Shown here: positions 27,539 to 42,400 of the stretch, one piece after another
Position numbering within the stretch: position 1 is the first letter of the stretch
Layout: each line of letters starts with the position of its first letter
From: Epiperipatus broadwayi
Taxonomy: Eukaryota; Animalia; Onychophora
DNA: 64,000 nucleotides
Reading direction: 5' to 3'
NCBI GenBank assembly: GCA_028023455.1
Contig: JAQFVV010000003.1
Location: forward strand, 27,032,001-27,096,000
The notes under the pieces: model-generated
What the model was told of the DNA's origin: nothing
The model's input: only the letters and a program-made list of their open reading frames with translations
The model's database searches: none
Program-made: the position numbers and the translations under genes

Positions 27539-28965
27539 TGAATTCAATTTTTATTTAATGTACATATCTATAGCCAAAAGCCAACTACATATTGCACACA
27601 AAAAAATGTATATATTATATGTTTTAAAGGAATAATAAAAATAAAAATAATAAAAATATTACGACAACCTTTGAAAATTCATTAATAGAGTTGAAAAATA
27701 TTGTTATTAACAAAGTCTGAATTGTAAATGTTAGATAGACGAAAGAAGGGGGGGGGGGATTTTAAAGTATCACACTTCTACAAGTTTCAATTAAGAAATA
27801 ATTATGGGCACGAATTTCATATTTACAATAATTCAAATGCAGTTTTGAGATCATGTTATAAGAAATATTTTTTTCGGTAATGACTTTGTATAAAAACTTC
27901 ACATCCCTAGTTTTTCTCTTTGCTACAAGAGACATTTGACAATCATTTTTCAGTTGACAAAACCTAGAAATTTTTTTGAAAACCAACTGTAGTTTACTTG
28001 TGTCTCTTTTTGAATGAGGATTCCATAAAACAGATCCAAATTCCAAATAGGAAGAACCAAAGATAGAAAAAAATCTATATTTAGTGGTGTATTCAAAAGC
28101 ACTACCATATCTATAAATAGCTCGCACATCTTGAAGGTTTTATTTATTATTGATTCTATATGATGATGAAAGGAAACATTACTAGAAAATATAATTCCAA
28201 GATCCCAAACGTTATCAACAGATTTTATTTTAAAATTATTGATATAATATTCAAATCTTAAAATTTCAGATTTATTAGAGTAAAATACTGAAAAATATTT
28301 GTCCACATTGACTATCATTTTATTATTTTCACACCATTTAGAAAAACTATTAATATCATCCTGAAGCAATAAGCAATCATGAATGGAATAAATATGTCTA
28401 AAAATCTTACAATCATCAGTATAACATAGGAGACAAGAGTATTTTAGACAAGACTTAAGATCATTAATGTATATATTAAAAAGTAACAGAGCCAAAATAC
28501 TCCCTTGAGGTACTCCAAGATAATAATATTGAGAAGAGATGTGTCCATTAAACTTATCAAAAGCTGCTCTATTTTTTATAAAAGATCCAAACTAACAAAC
28601 TACATTACTTGCTAGACCAAGTTTATATAATTTAGTAAGAAGAATGTTATGATAAATCCTATCAAAGGTTTTAGACATATCAAAATAAATGACATCCATT
28701 CTACCCTGAACTTCAATTACATGTGCAATATGATCATAAATAGTGATAAAATTTGTCTCTATTGACTTATTTGGTACAAAACCATGTTGCTCTGATGCCA
28801 ATAATTTACTAATATCATGAACTAGTTTGTTATGTATACATCTCTCAAATATCTCTGCAATGGTGTGTAAGACTGAAATGGATCTATAGTTATTGACTTT
28901 ATCTTTATCTCCACTTTTAAAGATAGGAATGACTTTAGCAATTTTTAGAGATGTGGATAAAGTAA
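27500..28965 (-). mobile_element. 5'-truncated CR1-clade LINE (RT domain, frameshifted)
   Basis: KIAKVIPIFKSGDKDKVNNYRSISVL; QHGFV; YFDMSKTFDRI; GVPQGSILALLLFNIYINDL; CYTDDCKI; LEFGSVLWNP; 3' end with (ATT)n tail at about 27505-27540. Confidence 0.9.
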
Positions 28966-29165
<200 letters not shown>

Positions 29166-32100
29166 TCAATTCATTTATTTAAGTGCCAAACAACAGCATA
29201 TAGCCAATTACAGTTAACATATTAAAAAAAAAAGGCGATAAACATAATGTACATAACATAATAATAAAAAGTAACAATCAATTTAACAAATTTTTATGGT
29301 TTGAAGTCTTCTACATATAGAAATATGAGTTTTAATAATAATAAAAAATGGACTTGTTTAAATTGTAGAAAAGTAAAAAATTTCGTGGATGAGGAGATAG
29401 ATGTTTCAAGTCTCAGAAGAGAAATAAATGATTTAAAAGTAATATTAACTGAGGTTAATGGGAAAATTGATATAATATCTGATTTAAAAAAGTCATTGAA
29501 AGAATCTTTGAATTTCATGTCAAATAAATATGATGATATTATTAGTAGAATGAACTATTATGAGAAGGAAAATAAAGATTTTAAATCTGAAGTTGAAAAT
29601 TTAAGATTGCAAAATAAGGACTTTAAATCTGATTTGGATCTGTTTTCAAAGGCTAAGTTTAAAATGGAGCAGGAAATAAATGTAAGGATGTTTGAAATTC
29701 GTGGTTTATATAAACAAGAGAAAGAAGATGTCATGGGAATTATTTCTGACGTGACAAGTAAACCTGAAATTGACAATTTCAATAGTGATGAAATTTGGTT
29801 AGCTTAGCATATAAATAGCAGAAATATAACAAGTAAACCACCCACTTTACAAATTAAGTTTAAAAGTGCATTGTTTGCCCAAAATTGGCTTAGGAAGAGA
29901 AGAAGTTTGTTGGTAAATAGTGATTTGTTTACTAATTTGGATAAGTCTCAGAAACAGTAACGCATTTATATCAATGAATATCTGTCACTTGAATATAAAA
30001 GGTTGTTTTGGACGGCAAAAAAGGCGGCAAAGATAAACATTATAAATTTGTGTGGATTAAGAACCGAAAAATTGTTTGTCGTAAAGAAGAAAAAAGCAAG
30101 GTAGTATTAATTGCAAGTTTAAATGACATTGAACTTTTATACGTTATATATTTTGTATATAATTCTTTCGAGTTATTATACGTGTTGGTACATGTGTATA
30201 TGTATATATTGGTGTGTCTGTAGATAGTCTACTTATACATTTGTATATAATTATTAGTTTAGATATTTGATTCTTTATGGATTTGTTGCATAATATAAAA
30301 ATACTGTCTAATAATATTAATTATAAAAGAGTTTCTTCACTAAGAGAATGGAGGAGTGTACTCACAATTGATAGAAAATCTTTATTTGATTGCACTTTTA
30401 ATTTTTTGTCTTTAAATATAAGAAGCATTCATAAGCATTGGTATGAGTTTTTTGTGAGTTTAGAATGTTATAAGGAATTATTGATTTTTTTAATGTTGAC
30501 AGAAATCAATTTAAGAAAGGAGGAAAATTGCTTATATAATCTTCATAATTATAATAAATTTACGTTTTGTAGAAATAATAGAAGAGGAGGAGGTATTTAT
30601 GATTTTTGTTAAAAAAGACATTGTTGTGAAAGAATTCGTTGATAATATTTTTCATTTGGAATCAGTGTCTACTGATATTAAATATAATAATATTATATAC
30701 TCTTAACTAATTTTATATAGACCATCTAATTCTAATTTTTTGTTGTCAATGGAAAAATTGCATAAAATTAGTTTGCGAAATAAAAGATATAAAATTATAA
30801 TGATGGGCGACTTAAACATTGATATTTTTAAGGAAAGTGTCAAAAGTGTGGAGAATTATAAAGATGCATTGACTGATTATGGACTTATTAATTTAATAAC
30901 AGATTTTTACTGGAAAAGAAATTGTTAGGGATAAATTGGTATCTTCATTTATTGATCATGTTTGTAGGAATATAACTCCAGAATATTTACTTAGTATAAT
31001 AATGGAGATAAGATTGGCTGATCATTACATTACAGCACTATGTTTAAAAAATACTGGTGGTGATGTATGTTCATCATGTGACAGTAATAGTAAAATTTTT
31101 ACAAAAATTGATAAATTGAAATTTTAAAATGCTATTAAGGAAGTTGATTGGAATGTTTTGTTTGATATTGAGGATGTTAACAGTTTATATGATAAGTTTG
31201 TTGAACTGATGCAGAGTATTTATAGGAAATTTGAAAAGGTTTTTGAAGGTTACAAAACAGCACACGGAGGTATTAATTGGATTAGTGATAAAATTTTAGT
31301 TGCTACAAAAGACAAAAAAGTTGCTTGGAGTACATATAAAAAAGATCATAGCAATATTTTACTATTTAATGATTATAAGATTCTTAGGAATAAAGTTAAT
31401 AATTTAATAAAAAAGGAAAAAAGACTTATTATAAAAAAACTTTTGATTCTATTAAAGATATAAAAAAAATATGGAAAGAAGTTAATATGATTATATCTAA
31501 AAAGGCTAATGTTGATGTTAATCTGAATAAATATTTTGATAATAGTGATAACTTATTGATAGCAAATAAATTTTGTTATAACTTTGTGAAGCAAATCAAT
31601 GATTTAGTTGATAATAATTTTTGTGATGGTAGTATTGATCAAAACAAGGGTATTATGATTTCTGAATTTATTAAATCAATAAACAGAAGGACAAAGGATT
31701 GTAATAACTATGTGGAATCAATGTTTATTCCTGATGTTGATAGTATGCAATTGTAAGTGGGATGAAATGTAAAATAAGTCCAGATATTGATGGTGTCAAA
31801 ATGTCTGATCTGAAAGATATTTTTCCTCTGATTGGCGGATGTATTGGTTTTTATTATTAATAAAATTATTCTATGTAATGAATTTCCTAATAGATTAAAA
31901 ACTATAGACCTATAGCTATTCTTCCATCTGTGGCAAAAATAATTGAAAAATATTTTTATGATAGTATCAAAAATTATTTGTTTAAATAATTTTTTTTTTC
32001 TAAATCACAATATGGGTTTTTAAAAGGTAAAGTATTACTCTTTTGGAGAATTTTATTGATGATGTGAATCTTGCTTTGAATAATAAAAACTATGTTTTTG

Positions 32101-32394
32101 TCATATTTATGGATTTTAGAAAAGCCTTTGATATTATTGGTTATGAATTGCCTTTTTTATGCCTTAAAAAATATGGAATTTGAGATAAGATTTTAGATTT
32201 ATTGAGGAATTATTTAAAAGATAGATATTATATAACTAAAGTTAATGGAGTTTTGAGTGACAAGCATTTAAATAAATATGGGGTTCCTTGGTGTTCTATT
32301 CTGAGTCTGTTATTATTTTTAATCTATGGAAATGATATTAGTAGACTTTGTAATGAAAAGTTAATTTATCAGTATGCAGATGATATTCTTTTAC

Positions 32395-33545
32395 TTAATA
32401 ACATGAAAGGCTAAAATCTTTGACAGAAGCACCTTAAAATGCTTATGTGACAGCCAATCAAATGTAATAATGACTGCATGTGGAGTTACCAATTCAAGAA
32501 CATAAGCCAGAACATGAGAAAAAGATGGGATCCTACCTTCTTTTCTACTTAAATTTATATGTAAATAAGTCAGCCTCAAGCATTCCAAACTAAGAGCATG
32601 AACATCTTCACATATAATTCACTAAATATTAAATATAAATAAACAACGTGAAATCTTTCAATTTATAACGAATTTTCAAATATAATGAAATGATAGTAAC
32701 AAATGTAAATATATCAAATTTATTAAGTGCTAGAAGATGATCTAATAATAATGTGAAAGGTTAAAACCTTCAACAGAAGCACCTTAAAATGCTTATGTGA
32801 CAGCCAATCAAATGTAATAATGACTGCACATGGAACTCCCAATTCAAGAACACAAACCAGAACATGAGAAGAAGATGGGACCCCACCTTCTTCTCTACTT
32901 AAATTTATATATAAATAAGTCAGACTCAAGCAATCTGAACTAAGAGCATGAAGCTTAAAACATCTTCACATTTAATTCACTAAATATTATGTATAAATAA
33001 ACAACGTGAAATTTTTCGATTTACAACAAAGAAATTTTCAAATATAATGAAGTGATAGTAACAAATGTAAATATATCAAATTTATTAAGCGCTAGCAGAT
33101 GATCTAATAATAATGTGAAGGGCTAAAACCTTCAACAGAAGTGCCTTAAAATGCTTATGTGACAGCCACTCAAATGTAATAATGACTGCACATGGAACTC
33201 CCAATTCAAGAACGCAAGCCAGAACATGAGAAAAAGATTTTGTGTTGTTTATTTATATATAATATTTAGTGAATTAAATGTGAAGATGTTTTAAGTTTCA
33301 CACTTTTAGTTCGGAATGCTTAAGTCTGACTTATTTATATATAAATTTAAGTAAAGAAGAAGGTGGAGTCCTATCTTTTTCTTATGTTCTGACTTGTGTT
33401 CTTGAATTGGGAGTTCCACGTGCAGTCATTATTACATTTGATTGGCTGTCACATAAGCATTTTAAGGCACTTCTGTTGAAGGATTTAGCTTTTCACATTA
33501 TTATTAAATCATCTGTTAGTGCTTAATAAATTTGATATTTTATTT
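32395..33545. mobile_element. Tandem-plus-inverted array of about 360-bp units (PLE-pLTR-like arrangement)
   Basis: Units at about 32395-32745, 32746-33110 and a partial 33111-33235, then an inverted unit 33236-33545. The minus strand reads LTYLYINLSREEGG, loosely like a PLE C-terminus. Confidence 0.7.
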
Positions 33546-33600
33546 AGTATAAATTGTAATTTTGAAATTGCTCTTAAGAATCTTCAAACTAATTATAATA

Positions 33601-34620
33601 CACCTGGGTCTCATTTTACGCGATAGTAGGTTCCTCAGAAAACACGCGCAAACAAAATTGGGCAAAAATAGACATAACTTACATTGAAAAAGGGGGAATG
33701 TGGTCTGTGATTTTTCAAAATTCGCATAAAAGCAAAGCACTAACGTAAAATTACTTTAAAATTCGCGCAAAAAAAAAAATAAGGAAATAAAATATGACTA
33801 ATAAAAAATTTCAAATTTGAAAAAAATTGATACAAGACAAACTTTTTTTAACTATAACATTTAATTTCATTCAAAATAATATATTTTTATGCATAATTTA
33901 CATTTTTTTATACATGTTTTAATTATTATCGATATTTGCCTAAAAACACATGTCCGTTTGCAAACTGAGGAAATACAACTAGCACTAACTTCACATTCAT
34001 GTTGTATCAATAGATTTCTGGTGACAACATAATTAGTAATTAATCTTTGAGATGATGATTTTATTAATTGTTTATGAATTTAGACTTACGATAATAAAAA
34101 GACATTTATTCACCACTGCTGGGAAAAATTTAATTAAAACCAACAACTAAAAATTAAATTCTTATTTTTGTCTTTAATTTTCAATTCCGTTTAAAAATCA
34201 AATTTCATTTCACTGCTATTACTCACCTTTTAAAAATAAACTTGTGGACACTAAATGATTAATAATTGATTACATTCTTTTTTAAAAAGCAAAAACAGAA
34301 TGTGATTTAAAATGCAAAATTAACACGCACAATGTTTGAACAAATTTACATTATAATCTTGTAAAATTTAATGTGTGTATACATAAAATGTGGAAATTAT
34401 GATTTTAATTTCATTATTGCATAAAATCTTATTATTATAAAGCACTGAAAATATTGAAATTACTAAAATGAAAGTTGAATTCCAATAATGTGCTATTACT
34501 TTCAATATAATGTAAGTGCGTGAAATTTATTATTTAAAGTAATAGCGCATTATCAGAGTTTGACTTCCGGTGAACTTCAAAATCGTGTTAAATAAGTCCA
34601 CGTAAAAAGAGACCCAGGTG
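33601..34620 (+). mobile_element. 1020-bp TA-flanked MITE
   Basis: TA|CACCTGGGTCTC(A)TTTTACG ... CGTAAAAAGAGACCCAGGTG|TA. Confidence 0.85.
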
Positions 34621-35135
34621 TATTGTAAATTGGTGTTCAACCAAAAAAAATAATTATTAATAAAAATAAAACAAAAGTTGTGCTGATATCTTAACCTCAT
34701 CTAAAAAGATACAGTTTTGGTGTTTTCACCCACTCAAATACTTGTATTGGTTTCAGTGTGGGGAATATTGCATGAAAATGTAAGAAGTGGAAAAAATTAA
34801 ATATCTTAGTGTTATTATTGATTTCAAAATGTCATGGTCACATCATATTAATCAACTTTTGCAAAGGTTTAGATATTTTTACTTTATGTTTTATAGATTG
34901 TCTTTTTTTCTTTGATATAGTTTAGTGAAGACAGTTTACATAGCATTGTATGAATCTATATTGAGATATGATACTATACTTTATAGTTTCTCAAGTGTAT
35001 CAAGTTTGAAAAGGTTAAAAAAGTTTCAAAATAAGATTTTATAGCTAATACAGAATATGTCATACTTAGATAATAAAATTAATGACTTGTTAAATTTTGA
35101 TAAACTGTTGCAAATGGTAGTTATAAAGAAAAACT

Positions 35136-36391
35136 GGTTGTTGTCGATGAGCAACCATATCCCACTGGATGGCGCAGTTATCACGCTAAAACTATAAAAT
35201 ATGATCATTCACAGGCCGTTAATTATAATCATTTGGATGTGTTTTTTGTAATGCGAAAATAAAAACAAAAGAAAATCGTCTTTTTTAAATATTATTTAAT
35301 TTTAAATATTATTTTTTATTAACGTGTACAAATTAAATGATAATAATAAATGTAAAATAAGATAAACAAATTACAATTTGATTCATCTTTTTTATTTTTA
35401 TTACAAAAATCAATTTTCTATCGGAGATTTTTTTACTGGGGTTACGGCTTTTTTTTGTTGTTGTTTACCGCTATTTTTTATTTCAAATAGAATGACAACT
35501 AAAAGTAAAAGTTGTTACGGTTAGGTTTAGGGTTAGTTTTAGGGTTAGTTTAGGGTTAGCTTTGGGGTTAGTTTTAGGGTTAGTTTAGGGTTAGTTTTAG
35601 GGTTAGCTTTAGGGTTAGTTTTAGGGTTAGGTTTACGGTTAAAATAAAAAATATCAAAATCGTATTTTTGTAAATATTTTTTTTACTAACATCTATAAAA
35701 TAAATGATAACAATAAATGTAAACTATATTCAACAAAGTATAACAATAGTCGGAGAAAAGAAAGAAACTAAAACTTTTTTAAACAACGACAAATATATAT
35801 ATATAAAATGTTTATAATATATGCTTTTTATGACATTTAAAAAACAGTATACAATTGTACTTTTCTTACTGGATATTTTTGTGTTAATGCTCTTTTTTAT
35901 TTCAAAAATATACACTTGGTACAATCTTAAAATGTCTCATGGAATGTTATGAACAGTACGTTACTTGGCTCGTTACCTAATTCCAAATAACTTTATACAT
36001 ATATCTCGTCAACATTTACTACTTAAAACTTCAATACACTATGGTGTAAAAAGTCTGTTAATTATTACTTTACAAAATCTGAACATTTCAATATTTTAAA
36101 ATAAAAAAAATCCAATGAAAATAACATTTCCATCCAATTCAAAAAACACACCCTCTCCCCAAGCCGTAACCATTTTATAAACTGTGCGATATTCGGAAAA
36201 TGTATTTGCTGCATAAACATACATGCTGTACTGTGATGTGACATAGCAGCCTGCAATCTGTAGTACAAAAACAAAAGTTGTATTATAGAAAACGCGGGTT
36301 CGAACGTGTCGGCCGCGAATCGGCATTTTTATGTGTTTTAGCGCAAAAACAGTGCCATCCAGTGGGATATGTTGGTTCATCGACGACAACT
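35136..36391. mobile_element. TIR DNA element with internal telomere-like repeat
   Basis: About 60-bp imperfect TIRs (GTTGT(T/C)GTCGATGA..AAC.ATATCCCACTGGATGGC); 8-bp direct repeat GAAAAACT at 35128-35135 and 36392-36399. Confidence 0.8.
35514..35640 (+). repeat. Telomere-like (TTAGGG/GGTTAGTTTTAG) array
   Basis: About 10 units of ggttag(t/c)tt(t)ag, each containing TTAGGG, bounded by ggttacgg-like ends. Confidence 0.85.
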
Positions 36392-39300
36392 GAAAAACTA
36401 TTTTAATAATTCATTAAAAAATATATGGCATCTAATTATAATGGTTTCCTTAGGAATAAATATTACATTTCATTTAGGTACAGAAATAAATATGGGAGTA
36501 GATTGAGAAGTGTGTATATTCCATTGATTTTCAATAAATTATCAAGTTATGTGTTGAACATAAAAAGTATGAATTTGTTAAAAAAGGAATTGAAAAAATA
36601 TTTTTTATGTCTATAAAATTTCAATAGTAACGTGTTACTTTGTTTTTTATTTTGTGGTTATTTTGTGCATAATTATTAATATTGATTTATAATTTATATT
36701 ATTGATTTATAATCCTCATGCCAAGCCAGAACAATGTCATGCTGGCTGCCCATAAAGCACTAATATACATCCCCATTAATATATCAGCCATTATTGCATG
36801 AATCTAGCTGACAGAGAATGTAAGCTTATGTGACCATGAGATGATGAAAACAGATATTCTAAAAATAACTGGAATAATTTTCATAATTGAACGCAATTTT
36901 ATTAACAATAAAAAAATAAATGAAATTAATGTCTATAAAAATAAGACTATACATATAAATTAAGCCTTCTGATTTTGATTAACATACAATAATAAAACAA
37001 ATTATCCCATTGTGATTTACAAGATTAGTATACAATTTTCAAGTAATAACTTACATTATTTCTTAATAGGTTTCTATAAATGCATATATATATATATCTG
37101 CATATCAGTGAAATATATTGATTTACATAACATTTGAATTTATCAAAATAATAGAATTATATTATTTTTTACTTAAATGTGTCTATCTGACATGCATCTG
37201 ATATATATATATATATACACACACAAGTGCAGTACATTATATGATTATATTTCAATTGTCATAAAATAATAAATGATTAAAATTTAAGTTACTACTATTA
37301 ACATATATGTGTATTCACATAGAAATGTATGTGCATGCTATCTTTTATACCATATATTCAATTTGACACAATAATAAAAGTTATTAAAGATTATTTTTGC
37401 AATTAATTCTCTTTCTGATTATAGTCATTTTTCTTTAAAATAAGTACTATCAAATTTGTGACAGTTGATTTTGTTGATTGATTTAAAATATCTTTCTTTT
37501 TCTAGTCTAAAATATTTTGGAAATCTTTTTCTTGACTATTAATTATAACTTTTTTTAAAAAAAATTATAAATGTAAATTTAAACCCCTTTTTTTCCTTTA
37601 ATAAACAATTTTGAACTAATATCGTTTTATGTATATATATATATCAGTTGTTAAAATGTCATCCCCACTAAGGAATATGAAAATAATTTCTTTACAAAAT
37701 ATATATAGCAAATCATCTGCCTTTTAGACGTTTGACTCATGCAAATTACTTATTTGTTTTACTTTAAGTTACTAAGTTAAAATGTCTTTTTAAAGGAATA
37801 TTTTAAAAAATACAACTCACTTTATATATGTTTATCTATGCTCCTCTGGGTATAGACACAGCAGCATATGTATAACTACTTATTCATCAACCGATAGTTT
37901 CTCTTGCTAGGGATCAGTTCAGGAAAGTCATAATCAGGATGTTATAATCAGTTCAACCTTGGCATAGAATCAGTTCCCTTCTCTCTAAGATAAATTTCAG
38001 GTAAGTAAGCTGTCTTGTATTGGGCTTCAGGTAAACTAGCTGTCTTGGTTTGATAGATTTCAGGCAAGCAACTGTCCTCTCCACATTTAAGGCTATGAAT
38101 TTCAATACAAAGAAGTGGGTCATTTTTTTTCATTGAATTCAAACTCCTGAGAAGGAAAATATTAGCAGCTCCTGCATCTGCTGTCCTGTCTTCAACTACA
38201 TCTGTTCATGGTAGCTACTCTGCCAACTCTCTGCTACATCCAACAACAAACTGGTCAGTTAATTGCTGCCACTTACTCAAAAAATTTTACTAGCCAAATT
38301 GTTCTATCCAGCTCCAGACTGCAGCTCATATTTTTATCAGCTATTTTATAAAATCATGCTAGGTGATAACAACACCCTAGAGTTTTTTTTATCTTTCTAA
38401 TCTGTTTTGAAAACAAGCTTGAAATTTTTAGTAAAGTGTGATATACATGTTTTCACTTAGGGGGTTACCAATTAATTAAAATATTTTTCAAAAAGAATAG
38501 ATAATAAAAATATTTACAATTATCAGTTCTATTTTAAACATAAAGCATACTTTTTTTAATTTCAAAATCAGAATAAAAATGTTAATTTTTATTAGACCTT
38601 TTTAAATCTTTATTTCATAATAGAATTTTATTTTAATCCAGAGTTATTTAACCCATTATTTATTATTTTTATTTCAGGAAATATAGAAAAATATCTACAA
38701 AAATGTATGTCTGTGTTTATTTCTACTTTTCCTTTACTTTTATATATATGCACACACACAACTGTATTGCTGTGTGCCATGTAACCCAATTTATTACAAT
38801 ATATATATATAATGTTTTTTGTTTAAAAAAACATTTGAAAAATCTGATGTTTTTTTAATGAAAGTGTGATTAATTTAATAAAAAAAAATACATGAAAAAA
38901 TATAAAATACAATTTATTTGTAGTTTTAGTAATGTAGTGATTAATCTTTCTTGCTAATATTGGTCATGCTTACAATAACATTTTTTCTAGAAGGGGATGG
39001 GATAATTTTTATTACTACAGAAATATTGTACAAAAGTTAGTTACTAAAATTATACACTATTTTAGGAAAGGTACACATTTTTCATTCCACATATTCTTTT
39101 CATTGCAACTATTATTACTATATAATTGTTCATATAGTAAATAAAAACAGATATATTGCTCACCGATATGCATCAGTTAACATAGTGTGCTTATATCTTT
39201 TATAAACCTTTGAGTTTAGGAGAACAATATTATTTTCTTTTCACTTGTCTAATAGTTCTTAGCTGAAACATTTGTTAGATTTTATTGAAGTCAGGAATAA

Positions 39301-39479
39301 TATGTGTATAAATAATAAGTATATTTTTAATATTTACAATCATAACAAATGAATTTAAATTATTGCCCTCACTCCCAGAAGGTTATAAAGTCAGCCGAAA
39401 CAACAGTTGATCATTAAAATCAGAGTGCTACAAATCTCTTAATTGTATACTCAGGCTGACATTTAATTATGATCTTTTA

Positions 39480-42400
39480 TTTAATACCCTAAAATAGCAA
39501 ATCATTTTCAAGTGAAGAAAAATTATGAGTTGGAAGGAGAACTGTCTAATACTAAATGGGATACTAATGGACTTTATGAAATTAGAAAAAAAAACATAGG
39601 ACTATTGACCTAAAAACAGGACATATATTTTGTTATAAAGTCACAGATACTGAAAGCACTTGTGAAGTGAAATTCATTATAAATAAAAAGTGAAAAAACA
39701 ATATTATGAGTATTTGATGGTATATCAGAGAGAGTGGCAAGATTAGTTGCTCAACTTAATGGCAGATACCAAATGCAGATAATCATAACCACACATGTAG
39801 TCATTGTGATGAAGTAAATAATTTTATATATGAATGTACAAAATGATTTTGATCAAACTAAACATCATTTTAAAATTATCATGAAAAACTTTAAGGATAG
39901 AATTGGAAAAATATTAAAGAATTGGGAATAAATTTGATTATGATGTTAGAAATGAGACAGAATACAGACTTGTGGAAGACACAGAGAATAAAAGAATAAA
40001 TGATGAATTTTTTTCTTTGAGAAAAATACTAAATAGAAATGGACATGGAAACATCTAAATAAAGGAACAGAAGAATTGGATTATGTTTGATGAACAGAAA
40101 ATATATGCTTCAAAATTGTAATGTTTTTAATAGATTTAATATAGGCGGTGATCATTGATTAATTAGATTTGAGATAACTTGTTAATGCAAAACTAGGGAG
40201 ATAAAAATTATTTAAAAAGGCAGTATTAGTAATTGATATTTGTAACTTTAAAAAGGCTCCAATTAATTTAAATTAGAACTTGCTAATCATTTTAAAACAT
40301 AAACAGTTTTTGAAGATGATTCACATTTGACTGAAATCCTTAAGAAAACAAGTGATATTTTATTAAGAACTGCAAATAAGGTAGCTGTTATAAAAAAAAG
40401 TGGCAAATTACCAGTAAATTTTCTATTGAGACAAAGTATAAAGAAAAGAAGGAATGTGGATTTTTAAAAAAATCCATTAAAAAGAATTGAATATCTAGAG
40501 TTTTTTGTAAATGGTACAAAAAAATGAGTTAATAATGATATAAGAAAATATTATTGTTTAATAGTCAGGAAAGCTATAGAAAAAAATAAAAGTCTCAAAA
40601 GTCAATAGTCAATAATATGTTAAAAAATACATGTCTACAAACAAAAAAGATTATGCAAAGTATATAATTATCATAAAAAAGCCTTTTTCGGCAAATTATG
40701 TTTTTTTGCCCTTTTCAATATGTCTCCAGAATGCTACGATTTAAAATACATACAGTGACATCTAAACCAATACACAAAAAAAAAAGACAAATAAACAAAT
40801 GAATATCCAACATGATCTGTTATGTGATATTTATGCAATCATATTACAAAATTAATCTAATATATAAATTGAATGGATATATATCCACATATATTAATTA
40901 ACGATCTATTATTTATCCATTAACCACTTATTATTCAACTTAATGAATGATTTGTATATATTCATACAATTGTCTTTATTATACATGATGTAGTTTGTTT
41001 CATATATTTTCATCTATTAGCATTTTAATATAATCTAGAATGCTTATATTATCAATGCAATTTATTTTATATCCATACTGCAAATAATGAATGTATAACG
41101 CAGATCTATCATCCCTTCTAGCAATAGCATCATTGTGCTCTTTAACTCTTTCTCCCAATTGCTTTGCCATCTGGGCATAGTAAACCATATTACAAAAGTT
41201 ACATCTAATTTTATAAACCATTCCTCTCTTGTATTTTACTTCACCTTTGATCCTGTGTTATACATTCATTATTTGCAGTATGGACATAAAATAAATTGCA
41301 CTGATAATATAAGCATTCTAGATTATATTAAAAATGTTAATAGATGTAAAATATATGAAACAAACTATATCATGTATAATAAAGACAATTGCATGAATAT
41401 ATACAAAACATCCATTAATTTGAATAATAAGTGGTTAATGGATAAAGAATGGATAGTTAATTAATATATATAAATATATATCCATTCAATTTATATTATA
41501 GGTTAATTTTGTAATATGATTGCATAAATATCACATAACAGATCATGTTGGATATCCATTTGTTTATCTGTCTTCTTTCATGTATTGATATAGATGTCGC
41601 TGTATGTACTTTAAATTGTAGTATTCTAGAGACATATTAAAAAGGGCAAAAAACATACTTTGCCGAAAAAGACTTTTTTATGATAATTATATACTTTGTA
41701 TAATCTTTGTTGTTTGTAGATATGTATTTTTTAACATATTATTGACTATTGAATACTTGAGGTGCAACATAAAAAGGAATTAGTTCTGTTTATGATTCTT
41801 TTTCTGTAAAGTCTCAAAAGTATAAAATAATATCTTGATAATGGAAGGAAAGTTATTTTAGCAATAAGAAAAAAAGATGGAATTATTACTAAAAAGAAAA
41901 ATGCTATCATTAAATATGTGAAAGAGTTTTTATAAAGAATTACATAGTAATAAAGAACAAGGAAACAAAATATTCCCTACAGTTATAATATTTTGTGAAT
42001 TTCCAAGCATTATAAATTAAGAAGAAAAGCTATGCAATTAGGTATATGAAGAAAAAAAAACACCAGAAAGTGAATTCTAATTAAGATCCTAAAAGAAGCA
42101 GGTGAAGAAATAGAATTGTTGACAAAACTATAAGTCAAATATCTAAATGATAAATATGTATCAAATGATTGAAAGACTGCAGTAATAATAGTGATATTTA
42201 AAAAAGATATTCCATTTTCTATTAGTTCTTTACAAAATCTTTACCAAGATAATTGAAACCTTGGATTTAAATAATCAAAAAGCAAACAAACTGAATTAAA
42301 AGTTGTTTTATCACATTGAAACGCATTCAAGTATTAGGAAAAGTTATAGAAAACACTAATAAATATGAGTTGCCATTATGTTTTAGATTTGTAGATCATG

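Larger units (their letters stand above)
29290..36700 (+). mobile_element. Near full-length decayed CR1-clade LINE (ORF1 + EN/RT ORF2) interrupted by three insertions
   Basis: ORF1: WTCLNCRK, coiled coil, FEIRGL. EN: LSLNIRSIHKH, LTEINL, GDLNID, SFIDHVC. RT: GVPWCSILSLLLFLIYGND, YADD. Resumes at about 34780 (KYLSVIIDFKMSWSHHI) and 36425 (RNKYGSRLRSVYIPLIFNKL...LKKELKKYF). Confidence 0.9.

Noticed and set aside
38658-38690. Plus-strand micro-exon-like segment (tttcag...gtatgt)
   Set aside because: 27 nt with no recognisable product; such signals are frequent in AT-rich DNA.
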